Assembly (NCBI GenBank): GCA_002269645.1
Contig: NIVC01002767.1
Span: forward strand, 78,205 to 142,204
DNA: 64,000 nt
Direction of reading: 5' to 3'
Source: Macrostomum lignano
Taxonomy: Eukaryota
Of this stretch, positions 18,301-31,161 are shown one piece after another. Within the stretch, counting starts at the first letter, position 1; every line of letters begins with the position of its first letter. Made by a program: the position numbers and the translations under genes. The notes below the pieces were generated by a model. That model was not told where the DNA came from. It did not search any database and worked only from the letters and a program-made list of their open reading frames with translations.

Positions 18301-20288
18301 GGCGGCCTTCACAGCGTCCACCAGCTCCGTGAGCAGGCCGGCCATCAGCTGAGGCAGGCTGACACTGCGGGCCCCGGCGGTGGCCAGCTGGGAGCGGAGG
18401 CCGGACAGCGCGGCGGTCAGGCGGAGGTCCAGCTGCGCCCGCACCGCAGCCGCCCGCTCGGCAGCAGCGTCGCACACCACGGCCAAGGCTCTGACTGACA
18501 GCTCGCCCTCGGTGACCAGCCGGTGCATGGCCTGCAGCTTGCGGTGGAATCTGTCGCAGGCGCGCACCAGCAGGGAGTCGCCGGTGCCGCCGGACTCTCG
18601 GGCTTCAAGACAGAACCGCTTGGACACGATGGCCAGGTAGGAGCGCATGACTGACTCGTGGTAGGCCTCGAGCTTGGCGCGGGACTCGGGACTGGTTTGG
18701 GATATTGAGGAAGGAATGGGATGGGAAACCTAATGACTAACTCAAACAAATGAAAAAATCAAGATATTGGAATCCTCTTGATAAAACCCTGGGGTAGAAA
18801 AACTTTTTGATCCCAAGGGCCAGATAAAGAATCTAGCTTTTGACTACGAGCCAGACGAGAGTGGAAAGGAGATAAGAGAAGAGAGAATAGAGGAGAGAGG
18901 GGAAAGGAGAAAGAAGAGAGAAGAGAGAAGAGAGAAGAGAGGACAGAAGCAAGAAGAGAGAAGAGAAGAGAAGATAGGAGAGAGAAGAGAGAAGATAGAG
19001 GGAAGAGTAGAGAGGGGAGAGAAGAGGGGAGAGGAGAGAAGTTTCAAAGGACCCGAGGGCCGGACAGATGCTTTGCAGAACGCATGTGGCACGGGTACCG
19101 GAGCTTGCTCGACCCATGTGCGATGGGATAAAATCCCATGAAATAAGTATACCTGTATAATGAATACAAAAATCCTCACCTGGGAAAGATGTCGCCAAAC
19201 ACAGCGATGAGAATGCAGAGCTCGGACACCAGGTGGTTGCAGCCCTGGTCAACAAACTGCAGCACGTCGTCCTGCAGGCTGCCAGCCTGAGCTTCGAGGT
19301 CGCCCAGCAGGCGCTGCATCCGCGGGTCGGCCTGACGCAGGAAAGCCGCCGACAGGTCGGCCTCGGACTCGCCCAGCTGGCCGAGCAGGTCCACCAGTTC
19401 CGCCAGCTGCCTGGCGTCTGGGGCGCCGCCACCACTGCCGCCTTCGCCGCCGCTCTCGGTGCCGCTGCCGCCTTCGTTAAACCGCTGCCACAGCTGGGCG
19501 CGCAGCTCGGCCATGATGGCCAGGCAGTCCGCTCTGCGAATTTGGTAAAAGACGGCGATGAAGAACCCGCCAGCCCGCTAGATCTGTGGAGAACCCGCCA
19601 GCCCGCTAGATCTGTGGAGAACCAGCCCGCTAGATCTGTGGAGAACCAGCCCTCTAGATCTGTGGAGAACCCGCCAGCCGATCGCCAGATGCACTCACCT
19701 GATAGGCCGGAAGCTCGGCAGATCGGCGTACCGACTGAGCACCCGGTCGGCCTGTTGCCAAGCTCGAATGGCCTGCTGGTGAGCTCCCTCACGTCGCAGC
19801 TCGGTGAGCCGAGCCGGCAGGTCCAGCAGGTACTGCAGCTTGTGCAGCAGGGCGGACACCCCGGCCAGCCGCTTCAACTCGGCCCGCTTGCCGCCTACGT
19901 GCTGGCGGACGTCAGCAGCCTGCTGGCTCATTGCGGACACGCTCTCAGCCAGGTTGTTCATCTCCTGCTCCATCCGGTGGAAGTCGCTCTTCATCTTTCT
20001 AATAGTATCGGTGGCCGATATGAATTTGGAATAATTATCGTAGACCAGAGTCTGCATGTCGGAGTCCAGCTGGCGGATCTGGTCAACCATCTGCTGCTCC
20101 TTTGCCATGAGGCTGGTCAGCGGCTGCTCCTGCAGCAGCTTGCTTAGGTACACCTCCGGGTCGAAGCCGGCGCCGTCAATGTCGCACGGATCGACATTCA
20201 GGCCGACTGAGGCGGCGTCGGACTCGACCTGGCCCTGCTGGTAGAAACTGCGCAGCCGGCTGTTGCGGCTGGACCGGTCGGGTTCGGC
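15366..20288 (-). CDS. VPS51: GARP/EARP complex subunit VPS51 (Ang2/fat-free), 5 exons, ~770 aa; initiator ATG absent from the genomic frame
   Basis: Exons 20288-19699, 19533-19180, 18691-18286, 16898-16488, 15914-15366 are phase-consistent. DPCDIDGAGFDPEVYL...QIRQLDSDMQTLVYDNYSKFISATDTIRKMK and C-terminal [64 protein letters not shown] are diagnostic. Confidence 0.95.
15928..16355. repeat. 22-bp minisatellite (AGTAAATGACAGTATAGAGTAC)n in VPS51 intron 4
   Basis: Tandem units. Confidence 0.95.
16950..17122. repeat. 28-bp minisatellite family A, copy 3 (VPS51 intron 3, acceptor side)
   Basis: Same unit as copy 1. Confidence 0.92.
17781..18235. repeat. 28-bp minisatellite family A, copy 4 (VPS51 intron 3, donor side)
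   Basis: Same unit as copy 1. Confidence 0.95.
18860..19035. repeat. AG-rich low-complexity tract in VPS51 intron 2
   Basis: GAGAGAAGA-type purine tract. Confidence 0.85.
19563..19675. repeat. Short ~21-27-bp tandem repeat (GCCCGCTAGATCTGTGGAGAACC) in VPS51 intron 1
   Basis: About 4 units. Confidence 0.8.
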
Positions 20289-20574
20289 CTGAAACAGCAG
20301 GGGGGTCCATGGACTGCTGGGTCTGTTGGATGTGGCAAGGACTGCTGGCTCTGTTGGATGGGGCAAGGACTGCTAGAGTCCATGGACTGATGACTCTGTT
20401 GTATGGGGCAAGGACTGCTAGAGTCAATGGACTGCTGGCTCTATTGTATGGGGCAAGGACTGCCAAGGTTCCATTGGATTGGCAAACTGAAATCCAAGGA
20501 CTGATTAGAAAATTCTAACTGAAATGGTAGGCGGTAGTCAAGGACATATAGTTCAACTTGGACTGGAAAACTGG

Positions 20575-21125
20575 AAGCTAAGGACTGCTAATAGTTCTAC
20601 TTGGACTGGATAACTGGCAGCCAAGGACTGCTTTAGTTCTACTTGGACTGGATAACTGGCAGCCAAGGACTGCTATAGTTATACTTGGACTGGATAACTG
20701 GCAGCCAAGGACTGCTATAGTTCTACTTGGACTGGATAACTGGCAGCCAAGGACTGCTATAGTTCTACTTGGACTGGATAACTGGCAGCCAAGGACTGCT
20801 ATAGTTCTACTTGGACTGGATAACTGGCAGCCTAGGACTGCTAATAGTTCTACTTGGACTGGATAACTGGCAGCCAAGGACTGCTATAGTTATACTTGGA
20901 CTGGATAACTGGCAGCCAAGGACTGCTATAGTTCTACTTGGACTGGATAACTGGCAGCCAAGGACTGCTATAGTTCAACTTGGACTGGAAAACTGGCAGC
21001 CAAAGACTGCTATAGTTCTACTTGGACTGGATAACTGGCAGCCAAGGACTGCTATAGTTCTACTTGGACTAGATAACTGGCAGCCAAGGACTGCTAAAGT
21101 TCTACTTGGACTGGATAACTGGCCA
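20575..21125. repeat. 42-bp minisatellite (CCAAGGACTGCTATAGTTCTACTTGGACTGGATAACTGGCAG)n in the gelsolin-VPS51 spacer
   Basis: About 13 units; related degenerate units also at 20310-20470. Confidence 0.93.
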
Positions 21126-21416
21126 AGGATGGATTTTTGTATAAACTAGAATAAAAAAAAAGCAGAACACGATCGCGAATAGCATATTAACAAATCCGCA
21201 ACTACCAAAATACTCGTATATAAGCTTTTGTTTTAAACAATCTATTTATGGAATAAACAAATTTTAAAGTCAATTCTAGAGACAAGAATAAACGGTTTAT
21301 AATTCGATAAACAGATCACTCTGCAACCAATATAATGAACTTAAATAAAAACAGGAGAAACAATCCATAGAATGTCCAGGCAAATGTTTATTTGCCAGGC
21401 AGTCAGCTGCCAAAGC

Positions 21417-24400
21417 TTAGAAGCTGGCCTCGAAAGCGGCTTTAGTCTTGCTGGGAGCCTCGGGAGTGACCACAGTCACCGGGGCGAACGGATTCTCGCT
21501 GGATTGTAGGTAATTCTGAAATTTTTAACAGATTAGATATATTGGAAGACTATATAAGGCTTTAATGCTATCAAATACGTCAGGATAGAACAGTCAGCTA
21601 AGCGATCTCACGTGAGCATAGCTCAGGGCGTTGCGACGCTCAGCCACGGAGGCCTCCTTGCCAACGTAAACGTAGACTTCGAATCCATTGTCAATGATGA
21701 ATACGTCCTTAAATATATAGAAGATTGTGTCATGCAGATTTGAAAAATCAACTGCGCACGATACTACTTACAACCCTGTTGAGTAAGTAGTGTGTAAAAC
21801 CAATAACTTAAATAAAAAACTCACCTCTTCAGTGATGCCGCCGCGATCGAGTGACTCTGACTGAATCTGGTCGAACTGCAGATTGCCCGACTCGTCGGAC
21901 AGTCTGTAAGACAAGGGTGAAAATTCGGGAGTGACAATTACAGAGTGACAATCCTGGAGTGAAAAATCGGGAGTGACAATTGCAGTCACAATCCTGGAGT
22001 GAAAAGTCGGGAGTGACAATCCTGGAGTGAAAAGTCAGGAGTGACAATTTCAGAGTGACAATCCTAGAGTGAAAAGTCGGGAGTGACAATTACAGAGTGA
22101 CAATCCTGGAGTGAAAAATCGGGAGTGACAATTGCAGTCACAATCCTGGAGTGAAAAGTCGGGAGTGACAATCCTGGAGTGAAAAGTCAGGAGTGACAAT
22201 TGCAGAGTGACAATCCTAGAGTGAAAAGTCGGGAGTGACAACTGCAAAGTGACAATCCTGGAGTGAAAATTGCAGAGTGACAATCGAAAAAGCACTCGCC
22301 TGAGCATCCGCTTCTGTCCAGAGCGGCTCTGCTGCGATCCAAACGGGTTCGAGTCGGCCGGATCCGCCTCCTCTTCGGTAAGTGACGAGTAGAATTCGTG
22401 CTGAATTGAGCGAGTATTGATTTTCTAATTATAGTGAATTTGATTATTAGCAGCATTCATGGCTTTTTATGGCTCAAATTCACTCACATTGGGATCGGCG
22501 CTGTCCTCTTCAATGACCTCGCAGGACAGGCGTCCGTTCCGCTCGCTCTTGAGTCCCTGCAGGTACTGGGCAGCTTTGAACCGCTCGTTCTTATTGGCCC
22601 CGCTGCTGTTCCACTGGATGGCCCGGTCGCCAAGGTCGAGAATGTACACGTCGGTGTTGTCAAGCGATTTGCGCGACTTTGACACCTCCCAAACTACGAT
22701 GTTTTGGCGTTCGCCCTGATGTAGGGGTATGGGGTTTGCATTTTTAGATACGATAACGATACCAGTAAGGATCGAAAGTACCACAGACTTTAAGTACTTT
22801 TGACTAAAATTACACCAGACTGAAAGTACATCAGACCAAAAGTACAATAGACGGAAAGTACATCAGACTAAAAGTACATCAGACTAAAATTACACCAGAC
22901 TGAAAGTACATCAGACCAAAAGTACAATAGACGGAAAGTACATCAGACTAAAAGTACATCAGACTAAAAGTACACCAGACTAAAAGTACACCAGACTAAA
23001 AGTACATGACTGGAAGTACACCAGACCAAAAGTACACCAGACTAAAGTACACAATACTGAAACTACATCCGACTGAAAATACACTTGATGTAACTATATG
23101 CCACCTTAAAGTGCAGCAGCCTAGGCTTGTACTCGCGAGTTTTAACGCTGCGAAATCCGCTCGGACAGCCGCCGGCCAGGTAGGTGATCTCAGGAAAGTA
23201 GCTGCGCATCAGGCGACTCTCGTGGCCTTGAACCTCGCGGTGCTGCACAGGCAGGTCGTCTAGCAGAGTGTCCAGCTCCACAGTCTTGTAGGCGGCGGTG
23301 CCGTACTCATCAGCCGTGCTCTCCTTGCCAATCCAGAAGTGCACATCGTAGCAGAGCTTGTCCTGCTCCATATAGGCGTTCAGAATAATGTAGGAGTCGC
23401 CGCTATAGAATTTGCCGTACAATTCTTTGGGCCATTCGACAACTTTGAAGTTCTAGAAAAGGAAAAAGTAATAAAGTAAATATGAAATCACTATCCAACT
23501 GACTACTGAAAGTAACAGTTTGGGAAAGGCAAAGCAACGATTATATATTTTAGTTGAAACCGAACGGAACACCCCACTGAGGAGCATGACTGCAGTACAT
23601 CTCCAGGTTTAGAAATCCTGCTGCCACAGGCCGTTCCTCCATAGACAACGCAAAGTCTGGGGTTGGTAGAAAGGCCCTAATTCTAGGTGTCTAAAGCTTA
23701 ATTAGGTCGCTATAAGCTCAAATGCCCGTGTTACGAGTAAAACCCGATAAAAATGACACCTTGGCCAAGAAGCATCCCAAGAGTCAGTTCCGTCGCCTCA
23801 GAGTCGTTGCAGGTCACACAGGTAAAATAGAAAAGAATTGACTCTAGAGACGACTTTAAAACGACGATATGTCACGGTACAAGTAGCCAAAAAGTCGTCA
23901 AAGAGTGCCTAAGAGTCAATTTAAGGAGTGCCTTATTGTCTGCGACTCTGGGGTATCTGAGGCGTGTTGGAGTCGCTGTAGAATCACTGAGTAGCATCTA
24001 AAGCGCATCTGCGTCATTTTATGCATCAGCTAGCAGAATCGCATTTAGCATTCATCATGACAACTCTATTTAGTCTACTTCAGTTAGTAGACAGTTAAGC
24101 GCTAAAACTGGCGGCTCTTTTACGATTCTGAAACTCGCTTAATGCACTCGTGACTCAACAGTCCCTCTTTTTCGCATTTCAGCCGTTAAAAGTCACAAGA
24201 ATCGTCCCAGAATCGCTAGTAGTGAGTTGTTTTTCAACCCGTTGTTTTCAACGGGGAAAAACAGAAAGGGTTGCTTTATTAAATACTCGCCTCAATTCGC
24301 CAGACGTACAGTTGAGGCCGCCTGTTCTCAAGTACTGGCGCCCAGGCCCGCTCCTTCTCGGCGGACTCCTCTGAAAAGTGCAAATTTCAAGTCACTGAAG

Positions 24401-24536
24401 CCTGTAGATTATATCACAGATCACAAAGGTTTTGTCACTGTGCCAAATATGTCTCACTTTTCACTTGTCTATCCAAATCTGAACCGAACAGGGCCAAATT
24501 GCTGTCCTTCCAATCGTACTGCTTAGCTTTCTGCAT
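21417..24536 (-). CDS. Gelsolin-family three-domain actin-severing protein (severin/fragmin type), 8 exons, ~369 aa
   Basis: Exons 24536-24458 (MQKAKQYDWKDSNLALFGSDLDRQVK), 24370-24291 (..YVWRIE), 23452-23105 (NFKVVEWPKELYGKFYSGDSYIIL...HFWIGKEST.DEYGTAAYKTVELD...VQHREVQGHES), 22715-22488, 22400-22300, 21903-21825, 21707-21612, 21515-21417. Phases are consistent; two introns use GC donors. Confidence 0.95.
21915..22285. repeat. Compound minisatellite (GAGTGACAATCCTGGAGTGAAAAGTCGG..) in a gelsolin intron
   Basis: Tandem nested units. Confidence 0.88.
22800..23050. repeat. ~15-bp repeat (AAAAGTACA(T/C)CAGACT) in a gelsolin intron
   Basis: Degenerate tandem units. Confidence 0.85.
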
Positions 24537-24616
24537 GATTATTAACTCATACTCAACTTATGCAACAGCTTTAGCTAGCAGGCTAGATTGAAGAGAATTA
24601 GAATTCCAACACTGCA

Positions 24617-24626
24617 CTATATATAG
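24617..24626 (-). promoter_or_regulatory. Possible TATA box upstream of the gelsolin gene
   Basis: CTATATATAG about 85 nt upstream of the gelsolin ATG (24536); positional inference only. Confidence 0.3.
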
Positions 24627-25064
24627 CTATTCGAGTTTCAAAGTTCAAGCCAGCGTGCGAGAGAGCCAGTGTGCGGCACTCCTACTCAACTCAGCTAGGA
24701 AATGGGGAGGAGGCCGGCGCTGCATGTTATTACAGGCACAATTGAAAAGCAACGACGGTGCACGGCCAGAGGGCGCTCAAGAAGTTCGCGACTTGGGGCT
24801 CTTCGATCTGGTTCTGCAAACTAGCAATGCTTTAGCGGAGCAGGTGCTACAGCCTAGCCTAGGAGGAGAGACAATACCATTTGCAGCGCTGCCATTTTGC
24901 AGAGCTGCATGTCGCACTGTGTATGAAATTGCAGAGCTCTTTGCGAGTTGAAAGAATAAGAAGAACTACGAAAGCCGCTTGTACCTCGTAAAACGGCTTG
25001 AAATGTAAAACTGCAGAATAATTCTGCCCCAGGCTCCTATTCCTCTGTCGTGCACCCTGCACTC

Positions 25065-25680
<616 letters not shown>

Positions 25681-26542
25681 AAATAACCTACAGTTAGCAG
25701 TTAAATAAAGCAACCAAGAGCAGCACGTCAGCAGATTTAAGCGTTTTAATTCATCAATAAAAATCAAGCACTAAAATTAACAGATGCGCTGGAGGCATTC
25801 AATTAGCTGAATAACTTAATGCAATTAGGTGGCAAAATTGTTCGGCAACCTTTAATTACTGGTAACCACCGAGTTATTACCGGTAGAAAGCGCAAAAATG
25901 GCTTGGTTAAGTGTCTACTGTTATGAACTGCATTGAACACAGCGGTGCACTGTATCAAACATCTTTAAAACTAGTTAATCGGACTCAAAAAACAAGGCAA
26001 ATAACATCGTAATTGCATCATAATTGTACTCGTAATATAATATGCTATCGAAATGCGCTGCTATGAAATCTGTCAAATAATGCAGTTAAATAATCAACGA
26101 TAAAATACGCTAAACAGGCTAAAATATCGGTCCGCAAGAACTATATTGTTTAATAAAACAATCCAATTTTCACTAACAATAGGGCGGGCAGCGGTGCCCC
26201 TCTGACAAAATAGAGAAATTAGACAGTTTGCAAAAATAATGTGAGAAGCAACAGTACTAAAAGATTGGCATGAAAGCTACAGCTAAGCATGGGGGGCGTA
26301 GCCAGACTCTCTGATGTGCCAGAATCCGAGGCTCGATTTCAAGTGCAGTCGCATTAATTTGGGACTAAATTGAATTGTCCCGACTTGGCTCTGCTCGTGC
26401 AATTAACACCCTTGAGGGCCAACCCCCCCCCCCAGACACAGTGAGGTGTACATGCCTAAGGATGAGCGTACACTCCCCTGCCTCTAGTAAAAAATACAGC
26501 TAAGCATAATGAAAGATAGGTGTGCTACCGGTACGTGTCATG

Positions 26543-28949
26543 TCACGTGGCGTGCCTTAACGGCATCAGGAAGGTGGCAAAGTGCTCGTACACCACGAAG
26601 GTGATGCAGCAGGCCGGAGTCACTCTCAGCAGGGTTGGCAGCAAGCCTTTGTAGAAGCCGCGCCAGCCTTCAACGGCTAGAAGGTCGCGGCAGACGCGGA
26701 GGGCGCCGCGCGACTCCCTGTGCTGCTCCTGCAGGCGGGACCTGACCACCTGGTAGGGATAAGTGGTGGCCGCGGCCACAATCTTGGAGAGGGCGGCGCA
26801 GCCCAGGTACACTAGGGTGGGCAGCTTGGCGTTCGCGGCCAGCTGATAGGCGGATGTGTACTGGTTCTTCATCTTCTCGTACACCAGAAACTGGATGGCG
26901 CCGTGGGAGACGCCGAACAGGCCGGGCAAGTAGCCCTGGTTGAGTGAGGCAACGCAGAAGTTTGCGTACGTCAGGATTCAAAGTCTAGGATATTCGACAA
27001 CCCGGAATTATTGATAGATATCTGCTAACATACTCCGATAGATAAATTTATATGCCAACTACGAGCTACCCTATTAATCTATCTACCAACTAACCCACTA
27101 ATCTATTTACCAATAAACCCACTAATCTACCGATTAACCTACTAATCTATCTACCAATCAACCTACTAATATATCTATTGTACCATTTAACCCACTAATC
27201 TATCTATTGTACCAATTAACCTACTAATCTATCTACCAACTAACCCACTAATCTATCTACCAATTAACCTACTTATCTACCAATTAATCTACTAATCTAT
27301 CTACCAATTAACCTACTTATCTACCAATTAATCTACTAATCTATCTACTAATTAACCTACTCATCTATCTACCAATTAACCTACTCATCTATCTACCAAT
27401 TAACCTACTTATCTATCTACCAATCAACCTACTAATCTATCTATTGTACCATTTAACCCACTAATCTATCTATTGTACCAATTAACCCACTAATCTATCT
27501 ACCAATTAGCCTACTTATCTACCAATTAATCTACTAATCTATCTACCAATTAACCTACTTATCTACCAATTAATCTACTAATCTATCTACTAATTAACCT
27601 ACTCATCTATCTACCAATTAACCTACTCATCTATCTACCAATTAACCTACTAATCGATCTACTTTATTTACCTACTAATCGATCTACCAGTGAACCTACT
27701 AATCTATCTACCAATTAACCTACTTATCTACCAATTAATCTACTAATCTATCTACTAATTAACCTACTCATCTATCTACCAATTAACATTCTCATCTATC
27801 TACCAATTAACCTACTTATCTATCTACCAATCAACCTACTAATCTATCTATTGTACCATTTAACCCACTAATCTATCTATTGTACCAATTAACGTACTAA
27901 TCTATCTACCAATTAACCTACTAATTTATCTAACAATTAACCTAATCATCTATCTACCAAATAACCTACTAATCGATCTACTTTATTTACCTACTAATCG
28001 ATCTACCAGTGAACCTACTAATCAATCTACCAATTAACCTACCAATCTATCTACCATTTAACCTACTAATCGATCTACTAATTAACCTACATATCGATCT
28101 ACTAATAAACCTACTAATCTGTCTATCAACTAACCTATCAACCAAACAATATATCAACTTAGAAGTCAATAATAATCAAAGCTAAATGCCGCAGTCTCCC
28201 AAGACTCCCTCCCACCTTGTACAGCCCGGGCAGACCCTCCAGCCGGGCGATGCTGTACAGAGCGTGCAGCATGCCCCTGTAGCGATGCGCCGCTACCGAG
28301 GCGTCAGATCCCAGGCCGTACTGCAGGCACAGCCGGGTCTTGCACACCCAGATAGGGTTGGTGAACATCAGCGTGACCGCGCCGGACGCCGCTGCCGCTC
28401 CCATCAAGTGTCCGGCTGGCAGACGGGCTGTCCGGTCGCCGCCCTGCAGCTGCACCTTGGCGGCCTCGTAGAACAGGAAGTACAGACCCCAGCTGGCGCC
28501 CGCGCCCCACAGGTTCGGCACCACCCCGGCGTACAGGCCTGTCAGGCCCTGCGTCCGGTAGATGCTGGACAGCGCGTGCATCAGGCCGCGGTACACCGGC
28601 CGGGAGCTGGGACGGCCGCTGGCGCCGACTCCTTCGTCCACCTGGTTGGGGTGGGGGTGGTGAGTCATTGGGGATCAGAGACTTCCGCATCGACTAATTC
28701 TATTGAGCACTACTGGTTGTATCTCTATGTAGTAATTCATTGGGATACCTTCGCTACCTGATACTTGAGAACTCTTGAAAGCTTGAGAACTCTCACCTGG
28801 AAGCGAATCTTGACCAGGTCAAGCGGGTGCAAGGCCAGTGTGGACAGCAGGCCGCCAGCCACGCCGGCCGCCATGTTCTCCCAGTGCACGTTGCTTAGCA
28901 ACTGACGCTGCCAGCTGTCGGAGCCGTTGCTACTGCTGCCCGACTGCAT
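26543..28949 (-). CDS. SLC25A32: Mitochondrial folate/FAD carrier, 3 exons, ~320 aa
   Basis: Exons 28949(or 28943)-28797, 28641-28216, 26935-26543. Carrier motifs HPLDLVKIRFQ, NPIWVCKTRLCLQY and YPYQVVRSRLQ; GVVPNLWGAGASWGLYFLFY, GLFGVSHGAIQFLVYE and GFYKGLLPTLLRVTPACCITFVVYE match SLC25A32. Confidence 0.93.
27060..28140. repeat. AT-rich compound repeat (ACCAATTAACCTACTAATCTATCT) in SLC25A32 intron 2
   Basis: Degenerate tandem units. Confidence 0.9.
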
Positions 28950-29024
28950 TGTGAGCAGGAAAAGCAAGAGTCATATTGGCCAGAGGCTCATGAGGAAATT
29001 CTCTTCAGTTGATCCAGTGCTCAT

Positions 29025-29750
29025 GGGAGATTTTCCCTCTGTTGATCCAGGGCTCATGGGAGATTTTCCCTCTGTTGATCCAGGGCTCATGGGAGATTTT
29101 CCCTCTGTTGATCCAGTGCTCATGGGAGATTTTCCCTCTGTTGATCCATGGCTCATGAGGAGAATTTGGTTGATCCAGGGCTGATAGGGGGGATTTACCT
29201 CAGTTGATCCAGGGCTCATAGGGGGAATTATGCTTAGTTGATCCAGAGCTTATGGGGGGAATTTCGCTTGGTTGATCCAGGGCTGATAGGGGGGATTTAC
29301 CTCAGTTGATCCAGGGCTCATAGGGAGGATTTCCCTTAGTTGATCCAGGGCTCATAGGGGGGAATTATGCTTGGATGATCCAGGGCTCATGGGGGGAATT
29401 TCCCTTAGTTGATCCAGGGCTCATGGGGGAATTTCTCTTAGTTGATCCAGGGCTTATGGGGGGAATTTCGCTTGGATGATCCAGGGCTCAAAGGGGGGAT
29501 TTCCCTTAGTTGATCCAGGGCTCATAGGGGGAATTATGCTTGGATGATCCAGGGCTCATGGGGGGAATTTCCCTTAGTTGATCCAGGGCTCATGGGGGAA
29601 TTTCCCTTAGTTGATCCAGGGCTTATGGGGGGAATTTCGCTTGGATGATCCAGGGCTCAAAGGGGGGATTTCCCTTAGTTGATTGAGGGCTCATGGGGGG
29701 AATTTCCCCAGTTGATTTAGGGCTCCCGAGGGGAATTTCCCCAGTTGATC
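29025..29750. repeat. ~33-bp minisatellite (GTTGATCCAGGGCTCATGGGGGAATTTCCCTTA) upstream of SLC25A32
   Basis: Tandem units. Confidence 0.9.
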
Positions 29751-30098
29751 TAGGAGTCCAGCTATTGAAACTGACCCTGTGCGATATTTAGATTAAGGTT
29801 TAGTTATATACCTGTAGAAATTCTAAAAACTCAAAGCCAAAGGCTGTGGCAGAACCAATAAGAAAAGACACGCAAATCTGCTTTGCTCGGACGCCATAAA
29901 TCAATCAATTGATTTATTATCTGAATACAGATATATAGCGTGTTACACGAGACAATTAAATGCCACTTGAGATGTTTAAACATTGTAGCGTATGCAGAGT
30001 TAATTCTAGAATCGCGACTAAAACTAAACAGATTTCAAATTTTTTGCAACATATACTACTGATTGTAATAAGAACCAGCATTAGAGTCCTTCATTTGA

Positions 30099-31063
30099 TT
30101 AATAAGTTGACTCGTCCAACTGCACGTCGAAGCTGATGTCGACCATTTCCTCTTCTTCAACCGGTTTCAACCAGTTCAGCCGCAGGTTGGCCTGCCTGTT
30201 GGTGCGCGCCTCAGCGTCGGCTGCGGCATTGGCGCCCTCCGCCTGGCTGTCCGCCGGGCCGCGCCGCTCCTGATAAAATATTATAGCCGACATGTCGATC
30301 CGAGAGCCGACGGACACGTAGGGCAGGTAGCTGGGCAGGTTGACCCCGCCGCCAAATACATAGTGATTGACAGTTGACTCGGCCCAGCGCCAGCTGCCGC
30401 CCGGGTTCACCTTTCTGTAGAGCTTCTTTGTGCACAGAATGAACCGGCAGCCCCGGTTGTTGGCTTGGAATATCTGCCAATTGGATGGGGAGGGGCTGTT
30501 GGAGCATGGACCACTGGGAGTAAAATGGACTGAATACAAATGCAAGGACTACTGAGAGTAGAATGGATTGGACGCTTGAATGCAAGGACCACTGCGAGTA
30601 GAATGGACTGGACACTTGATTGCAAGGACCACTGCGAGTATGATGGACTAGACACAAATACAAGGACCACTGCGAGTATGATGGACTAGACACAAATGCA
30701 AGGACCACTGCGAGTATGGACTGGACACTTATATGCAAGGACCACTGCGAGTATGATGGACTGGAAACTTGAATTCAAGGAATCAAGGATTCAAGAAATT
30801 TAAACAATTGAGATAATAATTCTATCCATGAAAACCGAATGCGTTACCTTGGTAACGGTACCCCGCAGCCTAATTTCGTTATAGTCGCGCGGAGCGGCGG
30901 CCCGAAGCTCGCCGCCTTCGCTTCCAGGCTGTCGTCTACTGCGATTATCGCTGTAGTTCTTGCCATCCCAAGTGTACAAGCCGGCTGTGAGTAGCTGAAG
31001 CCGCTGAGGCTGCTGCTGCTGAAGTAGCTGACGGGCGATTGACTTGTAAGCCGCTGAGAGCAT
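30099..31063 (-). CDS. Divergent mitochondrial SSB-like OB-fold protein, paralog 2; 2 exons, ~196 aa
   Basis: Exons 31063-30848 (donor GTAACG) and 30473-30099. Presequence-like N-terminus; RDYNEIRLRGTVTK..CRFILCT..YVSVGSRIDMSAIIFYQ aligns with SSB (SLNRVHLLGRV..FSLAT..YVKKGSRIYLEGKI) and with paralog 1. Confidence 0.65.
30505..30780. repeat. ~40-bp repeat (TGCAAGGACCACTGCGAGTATGATGGACTAGACAC..) in the paralog 2 intron
   Basis: About 7 degenerate units. Confidence 0.85.
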
Positions 31064-31161
31064 GGCACTTGCGTGCGAGCGTGTCTACATGCAGTAGAGA
31101 GTCGTGCAGACAATGCGATTTTTTAAGGATAGGGATCAATCAATTATTGTCTATACCTCAC

